A stretch of 64,000 nt of DNA from Williopsis jadinii (taxonomy: Eukaryota), in assembly GCA_024346625.1 (NCBI GenBank), contig AP024664.1, positions 3,410,001 through 3,474,000 of the forward strand. The letters run 5' to 3'. The position numbers were made by a program, and so were the translations under genes. This document shows positions 10,451 through 21,579 of the stretch, in pieces (within the stretch, counting starts at the first letter, position 1; each line of letters opens with the position of its first letter). The notes beneath the pieces were generated by a model. It saw nothing but the letters and a program-made list of their open reading frames with translations. It had not been told where the DNA came from and ran no database searches.

Positions 10451-10986
10451 ATGGTCAAAGCTGGTGAGTATTTGCGATTGTGTGGCGATTGTGTGGAGCC
10501 GATTGAGCTATTTGCTGGTACTAACACTGTGAAGTTGCTGTTTTGCGTGGTGATGCTGGTGTCAGTGGAGTTGTCCACTTTGAGCAAGCGTCCGAGAACG
10601 AGCCAACCACGATCTCTTACGAAATCACTGGTAACGATGCCAACGCGGAGCGTGGGTTCCACATCCACGAGTTTGGTGACAACACCAACGGTTGTACCTC
10701 TGCCGGCCCACATTTCAACCCATTTGGCAAGACCCACGGTGCTCCATCCGACGAGGTGAGACACGTTGGTGATTTGGGAAACATTGCCACTGATGCCCAA
10801 GGTGTTGCCAAGGGCACCATCACCGACAAGTTGGTGAAGTTGATTGGCCCAACCTCCATTCTCGGTAGAACCGTTGTCGTCCACGCCGGCACTGATGACT
10901 TGGGTAAGGGCGGCCACCCAGACTCCTTGAAGACCGGTAACGCTGGTGGCAGACCAGCCTGTGGTGTCATTGGTATTGAGGCTTAA
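10451..10986 (+). CDS. SOD1: Cu/Zn superoxide dismutase; exons 10451-10463 and 10535-10986
   Basis: Intron GTGAGT..TACTAAC..AAG gives MVKAVAVLRGD. Motifs [23 protein letters not shown] and ACGVIG. Confidence 0.97.
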
Positions 10987-11255
10987 CTCTGTCTACCTCC
11001 AACCAAATAGTTATATGACGTTTGTCTGCTTTTCACCCCCATTGTCAAGCCTGTAGTGCCCCCGGGGCCACCAATGGCCATTGTAATCATCTCTCTCACT
11101 GTAACAATTACTAATTACCCCTCGGTATTTAGCACCCTGTGCAGCGTATTCCCCTTGCAAAGCATACACATGGACGTGGTTATGCTCATCAAGATTGACG
11201 CTGCTATTCTAAAACTCGCACAACTGTCACAGCTGATTGGACACAACACACCGGT

Positions 11256-11306
11256 GCCATCACACCGAGGCCATCACACCGAGGCCATCACACCGAGGCC
11301 ATCACA
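11256..11306. repeat. 14-bp tandem repeat (GCCATCACACCGAG) x3.6
   Basis: Directly visible in the PDI-family gene promoter. Confidence 0.9.
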
Positions 11307-11475
11307 TCTCATTGGCTTATGGTTGTAATCTTCCCCAGGCTTCAGAATCGGACAGCGCACGCTATTTCCGCACCGCATAAATTTCGGGTGTTTTATGCCT
11401 TTTTTCCTCTTCCAACCGTCCCAAGACCTCACTGCTCGGAAGATCTTGAGAGGTCTATAACATATTCATAGAGAG

Positions 11476-12381
11476 ATGAAGGTGCTTGTGGTCTTAGCAC
11501 TGGTGAATCTGGCGTGTGCCTTCAAGCTGTTCAAAAACATCATTGTTGCAGACGATAACAACTTTGAAGAGGTAATTGGCACGCGTGGCTCGTACACGCT
11601 GGTTAACTTCTACTCCGTGACGTGTGATCACTGTCAGAAGCTTGCGCCTCTGTATGAGCCACTTGCCACTCTTTTCAAGGACACGAATGTTCAGATAGCA
11701 CAGGTTGAGGGTCGTGAGAACAAGAGGGTGAGAAATCAACAGCAGATTAGAGGGTTCCCCACGATTAGGCTGTACCACTTTGACGGTACCCATGTTGCGT
11801 CCTTCACGGGGGATCGTACCACGGAGAGACTGGCACAGTTTGTCGAAGACCATACCGGTGTCAGGGCCAAGTGGCCCGAGGTTAAGACGATTCAGATGGA
11901 TAACTCCACAGGAGTTGAGTCGATCATCGAGGAGAATCCAAAAGGCAGATTAATAGTTGCCTTTGTCGCACCTTGGACACACGGGTTCACGGACCGTTTG
12001 AACATATATGAAAGAGTCGCTTCAAAGTTCCCGGATGTTCAGTTCGTCTCTGTTGACGTGTCCAGCGAACAGAACAGCGACATTGTATCGAAGTACAGAG
12101 TCGATTCGTATCCAACTTTCCTATACTTTGATAAAGACGATAGTCCCACCTTCAGGTATTTCGTCGACCATGACACCACGGAGGATCGCATTGCCAAATT
12201 CCTCATGGGCCAGCTTGGTGAAGAGTACGATTCCTTGGAAACACTTCAAGACGATAGATCCACGTACTTGGAGGATAAAGAGCCTTCAAGGAAGTATGGC
12301 TTCAATAGAGGCTTTGTCGAGGAGGATAATGGCGACGACGACCTTGAAGATGAGAAGTGGAAAAAGCTAAGAGAGCTGTAA
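11476..12381 (+). CDS. ER protein disulfide isomerase-family protein with two thioredoxin folds, CDHC active site in the first
   Basis: Signal peptide MKVLVVLALVNLACA; FYSVTCDHCQKLAP; IRGFPTI. Second domain FVAPWT..YPTF lacks CxxC. Acidic tail ends in LREL. Confidence 0.8.
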   Translation: MKVLVVLALVNLACAFKLFKNIIVADDNNFEEVIGTRGSYTLVNFYSVTCDHCQKLAPLYEPLATLFKDTNVQIAQVEGRENKRVRNQQQIRGFPTIRLYHFDGTHVASFTGDRTTERLAQFVEDHTGVRAKWPEVKTIQMDNSTGVESIIEENPKGRLIVAFVAPWTHGFTDRLNIYERVASKFPDVQFVSVDVSSEQNSDIVSKYRVDSYPTFLYFDKDDSPTFRYFVDHDTTEDRIAKFLMGQLGEEYDSLETLQDDRSTYLEDKEPSRKYGFNRGFVEEDNGDDDLEDEKWKKLREL

Positions 12382-12591
12382 TACGTGTATATAAAACGGT
12401 AATATAATGTGTCATCACAATTATAATGATTATCATAAGATAATAATATTATATAATCTTGACATTCCGCGAAAACGTTTTTGAACTTTTAACGGAAGAA
12501 AACACGGTGGTGTTTTTAATTTTGAAGTTTGAGTACTGTAAACATCATCTTTAATTCTGTTTGGCCATTTGATTAACGCCCTAAAGAGAAG

Positions 12592-13289
12592 ATGAACGTG
12601 TTTAGAATCGCAGGTGATATCTCCCATCTTGCCTCGATCTTCATCTTGATCAACCAGATCACAATTACCAAGTCTGTCCAAGGTATCTCCTTCAAGACCC
12701 AACTCTTGTACTCCATCGTGTTTATCACCAGATACTTGGGTATGTGTATTCCAATTGCGGTGCTGTGATCGTCGAGACAGTACTAACAATGTTAATAGAT
12801 GTAACTTTCAGATGGATATCTCTTTATATCTTTGCCATGAAGCTGTTCTTCATCGCGTCCTCTTTGTACATCATCTTCCTCATGCGTAACAGGTTCCGTA
12901 CCTCTGAGGTTACAAAGCTTGACACATTTCCAATTGTCTACCTACTAGCTGGATCAGGGGTGTTGGCATTGATCTTCACGTATGACTACTCGATAACCGA
13001 AGTGCTTTGGGCCTTCTCCCTCTTTTTGGAATCTGTGGCTATCTTGCCTCAGTTGTTCATGTTACAGCGCACAGGACAGGCTAAAACATTAACAACACAC
13101 TACATCTTTGCCCTAGGTTTGTACAGAGCTCTATACATTCCAAACTGGTTCTACAGATACTTTGCAGAGGGCAGATTCGACACTCTGGCTGTCTTCACGG
13201 GGATCGTTCAAACGTTGATCTACTCAGACTTCTTCTGGGTTTACTACAACAGGGTTATGAAGGGATTGAACTTTGAGCTCCCAGTTTAA
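12592..13289 (+). CDS. ERD2: HDEL/KDEL receptor; exons 12592-12739 and 12799-13289
   Basis: MNVFRIAGDISHL..GISFKTQLLY..TRYLD spans an intron (GTATGT..TACTAAC..TAG). Also LESVAILPQL and YIFALGLYRALYIPNW. Confidence 0.95.
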
Positions 13290-14217
13290 AAGCATTCACT
13301 ACATACATATACAATAATCCATTCCCAGATAATAACACTTGACTCGCCCAGAATGTCTATAAGAATTCAATGTAGCATTTTTCCCAGCATAGAAGACCAA
13401 GCGCCTCATGTTCATCATGTCCCTGCTCTGTCCACTCCACCCCCCCCCCCCCACCAATTTAACACCACCGTTTTAAGCCCACACAAAATTTTACGTTGAA
13501 CCTGGATTTGTCTCATGGGCCAAGTGACGAGTGACAAGTTCCGCGGGCCGAAAGTTACGCAGAAAGTACATTCATCACGTCGTTTCCCTTAGGACCAAAA
13601 AGAAACGTGTGTCCGTTTCCCATATCCCGCCGCTCTCAGGTTGTCTTTTTCAATTGTCACAAATTACTACTGCATGGTGGTTTGTGGTTTTCTTTTTCTT
13701 TGTAACAAAAGTTGGACAAACATCCCCCCTTGTTCTGATTTGTATAAAGTTTGTCTTGTCCGGCTCTCGTTCAACGCTACACTCTTCGCTTAACGATCAC
13801 CGCCATTTCGTCTTGGTCGAAACCCGCGATCATCTGTTGAGTTACAACAAGACTATAGTTATAGCATAGTCAAAGGGAAAGGGGGAGAAAGTGCAGCCTT
13901 GATTTATACAGTGGGGCACCAAAATAATCCTTATCGACCACTTTTCCTGTTCTTGACCATCTGCGATCTCGTTTCCAGGCTGTGCGTGTACATTGTTTCT
14001 TTTTTTTTCTCTCTTTTCTGTCTTAGGGGGAATAATTTGTCCCATAATTCCCTTGCCCAATCGGTGTGGACTAGCCTCGCATCTGTGATCACTATACATA
14101 CAGTACACACAGACATTACACACGCATTAATTACTCTGGAAGGATTAAGTCGAAATTTAAAAAAACGTCTCTTCCTAATACCTCCAAAGCTGGGCATATC
14201 AACAGCAGCTTAAAACC

Positions 14218-16992
14218 ATGAGTCCCAACACCCTCTACACAGCGGACACGGGTGCTCTGTTCCCATTGGATAGACAACTTGAGATAAAGAGCGACACCAA
14301 ACCATTAACGCACACAAGCTCAATTCGGGTTTACCTCCAGCTGGCTGAGGATAACATCTTCCTACAAGGGTTTGACCACAACAGCTTTGAAGGAAGACCA
14401 CCCACAATCCTACGTGGAGCACTCGTTGTAAGAGTCCTCAAACCGACCAAGATCAAATCCCTCACACTGACTTTCAAAGGTATCGCACGTACCGACTGGC
14501 CCGAAGGTATCCCTCCCAAGAAGAACGAATACGTTGAAGAGAACGTTGTCATCACACACACATGGCCCTTCTTCTCACAGTGCACAGGAGGGACTAACAG
14601 CGGCGCGGACATCGTTAGATCGCCACAGGGGCTCTATGCGGTTCATAGTAATCTCGGTGTGCTATCGCATGAAGATGTTAGTTCACTGAACTTGGACGCC
14701 GCTTCGCAAACTACAACGACAAATGCCAAAGCAAACCCGTTTTCACTCCTGAAGAAAGTGGCATCACCAGAGAGAAATAGGTCGAATTCGCTCATTAGCT
14801 CCATGAGTAATGAAAACTTGGGAGATAGCCACTATGTCTTCGAGCAAGGTGATTACGTCTACAATTTTGAGCATCCAATACAGGCCTCTACCCCAGAGAG
14901 CATCGAGGCCACGTTTGGCTCCGTAAGGTACTATCTCGAAGTGCTGATCGAACGGTCTGGTGCCTTCAAGTCCAACATATCGGCCAAAATGCCGGTCACT
15001 ATCATTAGAGCACAGTGCGATGAGTCCGTGGAAGACTCAGAGCCCATTGCCATCAGTAGAGATTGGGAAGATCAACTTCATTACGACATCCTCATTGCAT
15101 CAAAGGCCATGATCTTGGACGCCTACATCCCAATAGCCTTTAAGTTGATTCCTTTGGACAAGATCAAACTGCACAGAATAAGGGTTTACGTTACTGAAAA
15201 TGTCGAATACTACTGCCGTAATAAGAAAGTACACAGGATGGAACCCACGAGGAAATTCCTGTTGCTGGAACATAGAGCTCCTCCTCCAAAGGATGCTCCG
15301 CCAAATGCTGATCCAAAGACAAAGAAGATGGGCAATTTGCTAACGTCTGATGGCTATGACCTGACAGCAAAGGAATTTGAATTCCAATTGTTTGTTCCAG
15401 AGAAGCTCAACGGCACCCAGAAGTTACATCCAAACACTTCGTACCAAAATATCAAAGCACATCATTGGATAAAGATTTGTCTACGTCTCTCCAGGGTTAT
15501 AGATGGGAAACCAAAGCATTATGAAATCAGTATCGACTCTCCAATCCATGTTCTGCATTCGAAATGTTCGCATGCAAATACTTTGCTTCCAGCATACGGC
15601 ATACCCCAGTTTGACTCCACGCATTGTAACCATGACTCGAACATTTACTTTCCAAAGGACATTGTGGACTCTCCGCCGTTATCGCCTGAAGTTGAAGCAG
15701 TTGACGTGAACCATAGAAGCATATACTTGGCTTTGAATGGGTCAAGATCTCGCTCAAGTTCAAGTTTGAGCCATTCACTGCCAAACTTCGAATCAACGTT
15801 ATCAGCGAACTTGTACAAACCACACGAAATCCATAAAGAACTGACTTCTCCACAGGCGTTGCCTTTGTCCCCGATGCTATCACCAATGCTCTCTGTGACA
15901 TCTGACCGTGATGACGATCTACCACCTCCTTTTGACGACGACTTGCAGTCGTTATCACCTGTACAGCCCCATGGCATTGATGCCATTATGGACACTGCAT
16001 CACCACCTTTGAAGAATCCACCAAAAAACCCGCCTTCTTATGATGAGATTATGGATACAACCTCACCAAGGTTACGATCCATTATAGTCCCACATATTGA
16101 GCTGACAAGGGCATCAGAGTCGCCAAAAACACCTACGGGTGATCCAAATGATTTGGCAAGTGACTTCTCATTTGGTGGGACATCACCAATTATGCCATCT
16201 TCTGTGATGAGAGCAACCGCACCTGAAGCACAGCTGATCAGAGCTTCGGTCAGGTCCGCTGCATCGACACCAAGGGCATCTTTGGACCTGAATAGAACGT
16301 CACCAAGGCCTTCTGCTGAATTCAGTGTAAGAGGATCTAACGAAATCGATAACATTCTGTCGGATCATGAAGATGAAGATGAAGAAACACCGGTTGTAGT
16401 TGCACAACCAATTGGAAGTCCAGTGTCCAGAACAAGCTCCATTTCCCCTTCAACTAACACAACAGTCCCATATATTGATGAAGATATTGCAGACATGGCA
16501 CCATTGTTGAATACAACGTCTACAGTGGACTCTGTCGATGCGTTTAACCCTACGAGATTCCAATCAGTGGAATCTTTCCCAAGAAGGGAGTCCCAAAGTG
16601 CTGACATCAGTGGCTTGTATCAATCCCCACAGAATATCTTCACTGGCAGCTCCATCTTTGACTCTCCATTCGTCTCTCAAAGACAGCCATCGTTTTCCGC
16701 ACCTCCTGTTAGACCAGTTTCTGGAGTACGCCGTCGTTCAAGTGCTCAAACTGCAAATCCTGTGATGGCAGTACTAGGTGGTGATGATCAAGATGAAATT
16801 ATTGAAGAATCTGAAAGCGTTGCTAATTCACCTAGTGATAGTAGCACCTTTCAGGAGAACGATCACTCGAGCTCAACGCTTGCTAGTGGTGGTGGTGATG
16901 TCGCGGTTACAGGCGTTAGAAAGCCATCGCCTATCAATATTGACACATCAGGGGCAGATACTCATAATGAGAGTGCCCAAGTTCCATCCTAA
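14218..16992 (+). CDS. ALY2: Alpha-arrestin (ART) Aly1/Aly2 orthologue
   Basis: Arrestin fold with ISRDWEDQL, CRNKKVHRMEPT and HYEISIDSPI; LPAY and PPSY motifs; convergent with EXO70. Confidence 0.8.
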   Translation: MSPNTLYTADTGALFPLDRQLEIKSDTKPLTHTSSIRVYLQLAEDNIFLQGFDHNSFEGRPPTILRGALVVRVLKPTKIKSLTLTFKGIARTDWPEGIPPKKNEYVEENVVITHTWPFFSQCTGGTNSGADIVRSPQGLYAVHSNLGVLSHEDVSSLNLDAASQTTTTNAKANPFSLLKKVASPERNRSNSLISSMSNENLGDSHYVFEQGDYVYNFEHPIQASTPESIEATFGSVRYYLEVLIERSGAFKSNISAKMPVTIIRAQCDESVEDSEPIAISRDWEDQLHYDILIASKAMILDAYIPIAFKLIPLDKIKLHRIRVYVTENVEYYCRNKKVHRMEPTRKFLLLEHRAPPPKDAPPNADPKTKKMGNLLTSDGYDLTAKEFEFQLFVPEKLNGTQKLHPNTSYQNIKAHHWIKICLRLSRVIDGKPKHYEISIDSPIHVLHSKCSHANTLLPAYGIPQFDSTHCNHDSNIYFPKDIVDSPPLSPEVEAVDVNHRSIYLALNGSRSRSSSSLSHSLPNFESTLSANLYKPHEIHKELTSPQALPLSPMLSPMLSVTSDRDDDLPPPFDDDLQSLSPVQPHGIDAIMDTASPPLKNPPKNPPSYDEIMDTTSPRLRSIIVPHIELTRASESPKTPTGDPNDLASDFSFGGTSPIMPSSVMRATAPEAQLIRASVRSAASTPRASLDLNRTSPRPSAEFSVRGSNEIDNILSDHEDEDEETPVVVAQPIGSPVSRTSSISPSTNTTVPYIDEDIADMAPLLNTTSTVDSVDAFNPTRFQSVESFPRRESQSADISGLYQSPQNIFTGSSIFDSPFVSQRQPSFSAPPVRPVSGVRRRSSAQTANPVMAVLGGDDQDEIIEESESVANSPSDSSTFQENDHSSSTLASGGGDVAVTGVRKPSPINIDTSGADTHNESAQVPS

Positions 16993-17079
16993 TATGTGCA
17001 AACCAACATATTTTTCGTATAACTTTTATCATTCATTTAATTTAATAGTAATCATAAGTTAACCTGTAGATCCCAGTGC

Positions 17080-18900
17080 TTATTTTCCTAACGAGTCAAT
17101 TATTCTATCAAACTCAGCGTTAGTATATTTGATGTATTTCTCCGTGTGTTTAGTGAAATCACCTCCTGCATGTTTATCATGGAATCTATGGTACAGTGGG
17201 ACAATGAATGAAATTTCCTTTGTCAAATACTTCTTCAAAGAAGGGTCTGTGATGTTGTACTGTTTGTATCCCTTAACCAGCTCCTCGAACTCTGCATTGA
17301 AATTTGTGAATTTCTGCTTAATTGCATCCCTGTCCTTGGAGGACAGTTTACCAACAACATTGACGTCCAGTAAGTTTGCAGCCGCTTGCTTCCATCCAGC
17401 GAGGAACATCTCTAATGCCCTCTTTTTCAATCTTTCCAGCCGACTCAAACTAGTCGAGTCCAAAATTTCCTGAATGCCTGACCTCATAGAGATTTGTTCA
17501 ACCAACGTTATATTTGTGATGAGGAAATAACCGATGGCTGATTTCTTCCTCATGAGCTGAGTGGCTTTGATCTCTAAACTCACGATTAAAGCATCAATAA
17601 CATCTGAGAAGAAAGCACTGAGTAGCTCTGAAGGGTTGTCATCATCGACAACCGTTGTTGCATTGATACTAGTCCATTTGGCTAACCATTGCGGTTTTGG
17701 CTGTGGGATCCAAGACCCAGCCTTAAATCCAACCATGACAGAAAGAGCTCCTTCTTTGAAGTCTGCAAACTTTCTTGCCTTTGACATCACCTCTACGGTG
17801 GCCTCTGAAACACCATTATCCTGCGGCAACGTTGTCAAACTCGATACTCTCTGGTCTGTGAATATCAAGAGCTCCTTAAACAATGAACGAGCCAGTTCTC
17901 TGCAAGATTCAATGCACGTATTCAAAGGAGGGTATTCAGCACCGGTTTGTGAACGAATAGTGTGCTGCAAGTTAACACTGTTATCTAAGAGTTCAAATGC
18001 CAGTAGGCCTTCATTAGCAACGAATTTCTGGATCTTCCCGAGCAACTTATTCACAATCTGAATGTAGTTGTTCCAGCATCCTTCAAAGATCTTCAAGAAA
18101 TGGCGAAGAATAGTATCCGGATCCTTATAGATATCCTCGAGCAAGGACCATTCATTCGACATGAATCCCAATAGGGCCTCTGTATAGTTGCCTATACCGT
18201 TAGTTCCCTTTTCATAGGGCACTTTGGGGTTTTTCGTGATCTCTTCGGTGAAGGGCACGAGGAAAGCCAGCGATTCCCTAATGGTTTTGATTCTGTTGTC
18301 AATGTACAACTGGTCGATTGGGTTGCCATTGCCGTAGAAGTAATCCACAATGTATCCGAGGTCTTTCAACTTGCTATCCTCGAGGTAAGGAAATGGTCTT
18401 CTCTCGGACATGTAAATCTGAGGATCAAACGACTGAGACACGGGCTGGAGAAGCACTCTGAAGAGAGTCTCCATCTTGAGCTCACCGTCGAGAACCGTGG
18501 ACCGCAAGTTATCCCTGATTCCCTTGAACTCGCCGTCATCCTTGTTCTCGTTCAACTTGTCCAGGATCTCCTCGGACTTGTGAAGCGTCGTTATGTACTG
18601 CTTAACGTTCTCTATTCTCGCAGCACCAAGCTTCTGCTCATAAAACGCCGCTTCGCTCGCAATACCTTGCACGTTCGACACCGCAAGAACACTGTCATCA
18701 ACGTTCTTCTTGAAGACCGCCAGCTGTCTATTACGATTCACTATTGGAGTGAGAAGCTTCACCGACTTGTCCGACGACTCCGTGATCTTCTTAAGGGAGA
18801 AGCTCACCTGGGAGATGAGCTCCTTCGTTTTACTGAGAGACTGCTGAAGAACAACAGCATCGGCCTCGTCAATGTCCACCGTCAGCTGAGAGTACGACAT
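17080..18900 (-). CDS. EXO70: Exocyst subunit Exo70
   Basis: 606 aa. Motifs VDIDEADAVVL, PYEKGTNGI, LSSKDRDAIKQKFTNFN and FTKHTEKYIKY. Confidence 0.92.
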   Translation of the reverse strand: MSYSQLTVDIDEADAVVLQQSLSKTKELISQVSFSLKKITESSDKSVKLLTPIVNRNRQLAVFKKNVDDSVLAVSNVQGIASEAAFYEQKLGAARIENVKQYITTLHKSEEILDKLNENKDDGEFKGIRDNLRSTVLDGELKMETLFRVLLQPVSQSFDPQIYMSERRPFPYLEDSKLKDLGYIVDYFYGNGNPIDQLYIDNRIKTIRESLAFLVPFTEEITKNPKVPYEKGTNGIGNYTEALLGFMSNEWSLLEDIYKDPDTILRHFLKIFEGCWNNYIQIVNKLLGKIQKFVANEGLLAFELLDNSVNLQHTIRSQTGAEYPPLNTCIESCRELARSLFKELLIFTDQRVSSLTTLPQDNGVSEATVEVMSKARKFADFKEGALSVMVGFKAGSWIPQPKPQWLAKWTSINATTVVDDDNPSELLSAFFSDVIDALIVSLEIKATQLMRKKSAIGYFLITNITLVEQISMRSGIQEILDSTSLSRLERLKKRALEMFLAGWKQAAANLLDVNVVGKLSSKDRDAIKQKFTNFNAEFEELVKGYKQYNITDPSLKKYLTKEISFIVPLYHRFHDKHAGGDFTKHTEKYIKYTNAEFDRIIDSLGK

Positions 18901-19234
18901 CCCTGTTTAGCTGTAAGCGCCCTGCTCAGTCTGTGAAGCGCTGTGTATTTATCGTAAAGTGGTGAGCTCCGTGGTGAAGCTCTTTTGGCTTTGTTGTTGT
19001 TTTTTTTGTCTCCTTCGCGGAGGTTTGTCTTTGTGGTTAATTCCAAGCGGGCTGCGTACGGGCGGCTTTTCCATTGTTTACACACCGCTCTCTACAACAA
19101 ATGCTGATGAACTTGAGAAGCTGAATACGACCAACAGTGTTCACACACACTGTTCACCGCTCAGCTTTACTCAGCGCTCTGCCTTAGGGAGCTACAGCGA
19201 CGTACGACTTTAGATCACAGTGTTGGCGTCTCCA

Positions 19235-19294
19235 CCAGTAGTGTGGAAAGCCCGCCAGTAGTGTGGAGAGCCCGCCAATAGCGCGGCAAGCCCA
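19235..19294. repeat. 20-bp tandem repeat x3 (CCAGTAGTGTGGARAGCCCG)
   Basis: Units 19235-54, 19255-74 and a degenerate 19275-94, in the EXO70/monooxygenase divergent promoter. Confidence 0.8.
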
Positions 19295-19657
19295 CAGGTG
19301 TGTGATGAGACTTGAACAGTCAGAAGGTGATGCCAATTCGAGGTGTTGCGGATTAGTTCCTTACAGCAATGGTACGATTACAAGACATCGAACAATGCGG
19401 TCGTAGGAGCTTGATGAAGCGGCTCCGTCCGTGTTTTTGACGCGACGAATTACATTTCCACCCTCCACCAGTGCTAGACATCCCCGATTGGGAGAGAGCA
19501 CGTAAGCCACAGCATGAACGGCATAGTGGGATCAGTCGAGGTTTGAAATAATCAAATACAAGAATATAAAGGATGCGATGGAACTACATCAACGTGGATG
19601 ATGGTTGTGATTACAGAGGTTAACTGTGTTGTGCAATTGACTTGATTGTTAACAAAG

Positions 19658-21193
19658 ATGGATCTTAGAGAAGGTGTTATTGTCCCGGTGACCAAAAAAC
19701 CAAGACTCCAAAAAGCGCGTAAACCGTTGGTTATCAACCTGTTTACTCAGAGTTGTTGCAATACGCAGTCTGCTGCGTTGTGGAGCTACCCAGGTGATGT
19801 ATCATCTGGTTATACTACCCTTGAATACTGGCAAAATCTGGCCAAGAAGGCGGAAGCTGCTAAGTTCAACGCGATCTTCATCGCTGATGTTTTAGGACCA
19901 TATGACGTCTATCAAGGACCCGGTAATTACTCTTTTGTTGCAAAGGCTGGTACTCAGTTCCCAGGTATCGACCCTTCAATCCCAATTGCTGCAATGGCCG
20001 CAGTGACAAAGAGTGTTGGTTTCGGAATCACATTTAGTACCATCAGTGAACACCCTTACTTGCTCGCTAGAAAGCTTGCTACATTGGACCAAATGACGGG
20101 AGGTCGTGTTGGTTGGAACATTGTCAGCTCGTACCTTAACAGTGCTGCTAAGAACCTGCTGAATGGTGAGGAGTTACCTGATAAACTTAGTAGATACGAG
20201 AAGACAGATGAGTATGTCCAGGTCGTTGTTGAGTTATTATTGTCGAGTTTTAGAGAGGATGCTCTGAAGGCTGACGTCAAGACAAAGACCTTTATAGATC
20301 CGGAGCTTGTACGTCCAATTGATTTTGAAGGTGAATGGTATAAAGTCCCTGGTCCTTCATACACTTCTCCATCACCACAGGGAATCCCTGTTTTGTTTGA
20401 AGCGGGTACATCCCCTGGAGGTATCGAACTTGCAGCTAAATGGTCAGAGGTTACATTCTCTAACGGTCCAACACCACCATTTCTCCGTCACAAGTCTGAT
20501 AAACTCAAAGAAACAGCTTCTAAGAGATATCAGAGAGATAAGGATTCCCTAAAGGTCCTAGTGCTTGTCATGGTTATTGTTGCTGAGACTGAAGAGGGAG
20601 CTTGGGAAAAGTACAATAGATGGGCAGATGCTGCTGACCCTATCGCTGCACTGGCAATGCTTGGTGGATGGATGAACACCGACTTCTCCAAGTACGAGGA
20701 CGACTTCGATCTGCTGCAATCCGAAAACGTTAAGGACCGTGAAGTTGTCAAGCATTTCTGCGTGGATATCTTGGATAAAGGCCCTGTCACTAAAGCTGTC
20801 TTGGGAAGACACGTCTCTGTCAAGGGGTCTTCAGACCTCGTTATCGGTTCCGTTGACCAAGTTGTTCAGAAACTGATTGATTATGTCGAGATTGGTGGCG
20901 CCGATGGGTTCAACTTCTCCGCCCCTGTGAACCCAGCAGGCTATGATGACCTTATCGACCTCGTTATACCACGACTCAGAGAGGAAGGTCTGGCCTGGAA
21001 TGATTACCCTGTTCCAGGTGGAACCTTGAGAGAGAATTTGACAGGCGTCAAAGGTGCAAAATATTTACCAAAGGGTCACCCTGCTAACCCATACATCTGG
21101 ACAAAGGACCTCTCAAGATCGGAGTTCGAGCATAAGCTTAGTGAGTACAAAACTCTTCTCAAAGAGGAAGAAGGTGATGCATTCAAGCACTGA
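19658..21193 (+). CDS. FMNH2-dependent monooxygenase, NtaA/SnaA/DszA (bacterial luciferase-like) family, copy 1
   Basis: First ATG at 19658, TATAAA at 19565. Motifs LEYWQNLAKKAEAAKFNAIFIADVLG, PYLLARKLATLDQMTGGRVGWNIVSS, PSPQGIPVLFEAGTS, GADGFN and GTLRENL. Confidence 0.9.
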   Translation: MDLREGVIVPVTKKPRLQKARKPLVINLFTQSCCNTQSAALWSYPGDVSSGYTTLEYWQNLAKKAEAAKFNAIFIADVLGPYDVYQGPGNYSFVAKAGTQFPGIDPSIPIAAMAAVTKSVGFGITFSTISEHPYLLARKLATLDQMTGGRVGWNIVSSYLNSAAKNLLNGEELPDKLSRYEKTDEYVQVVVELLLSSFREDALKADVKTKTFIDPELVRPIDFEGEWYKVPGPSYTSPSPQGIPVLFEAGTSPGGIELAAKWSEVTFSNGPTPPFLRHKSDKLKETASKRYQRDKDSLKVLVLVMVIVAETEEGAWEKYNRWADAADPIAALAMLGGWMNTDFSKYEDDFDLLQSENVKDREVVKHFCVDILDKGPVTKAVLGRHVSVKGSSDLVIGSVDQVVQKLIDYVEIGGADGFNFSAPVNPAGYDDLIDLVIPRLREEGLAWNDYPVPGGTLRENLTGVKGAKYLPKGHPANPYIWTKDLSRSEFEHKLSEYKTLLKEEEGDAFKH

Positions 21194-21428
21194 ATGTGCT
21201 TCAATTGTACATAAACCAATCCAAACATATGTTGACTCATTGAAGTTGTTTGTAATAACGGTTCCAAGACTTACACACCCTCGCTCGCTCCCATAGCCGT
21301 TACTTCAATGTCTAACATGTTTACATATTTGTCTGCTTCTTGAAGGTTTTCCCATACTGACGCATGCACTAAACCTACCTCTACATGATGCATGAAAATG
21401 GAGAAGTGCTATGCAACATCTGATGGAA

Positions 21429-21579
21429 AAACTGTGGGCATACAACTGAGGAACAGCCAGTCAGGTTACTTGGTGCTCGATTTGGTAGCCCATGGTACCG
21501 TGCTCGTGTGATTTTGGACCCACTGCTAGGTTCTTGCGAATTGTGACGAGATCACTGTGATCGGCATAACGTTCACGTG
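21429..21579 (+). promoter_or_regulatory. Met31/Met32 site AAACTGTGG (21429-21437) and Cbf1 site TCACGTG (21573-21579)
   Basis: Exact matches to the two cis-elements of the yeast Met4 sulfur regulon, upstream of monooxygenase copy 2. Confidence 0.6.

Noticed and set aside
10387..10917. 176-aa antisense ORF over SOD1
   Set aside because: Shadow of a strongly codon-biased gene; no recognisable protein.
13531..14213. Overlapping 88-112 aa ORFs upstream of ALY2
   Set aside because: Low-complexity promoter/leader sequence with no family similarity.
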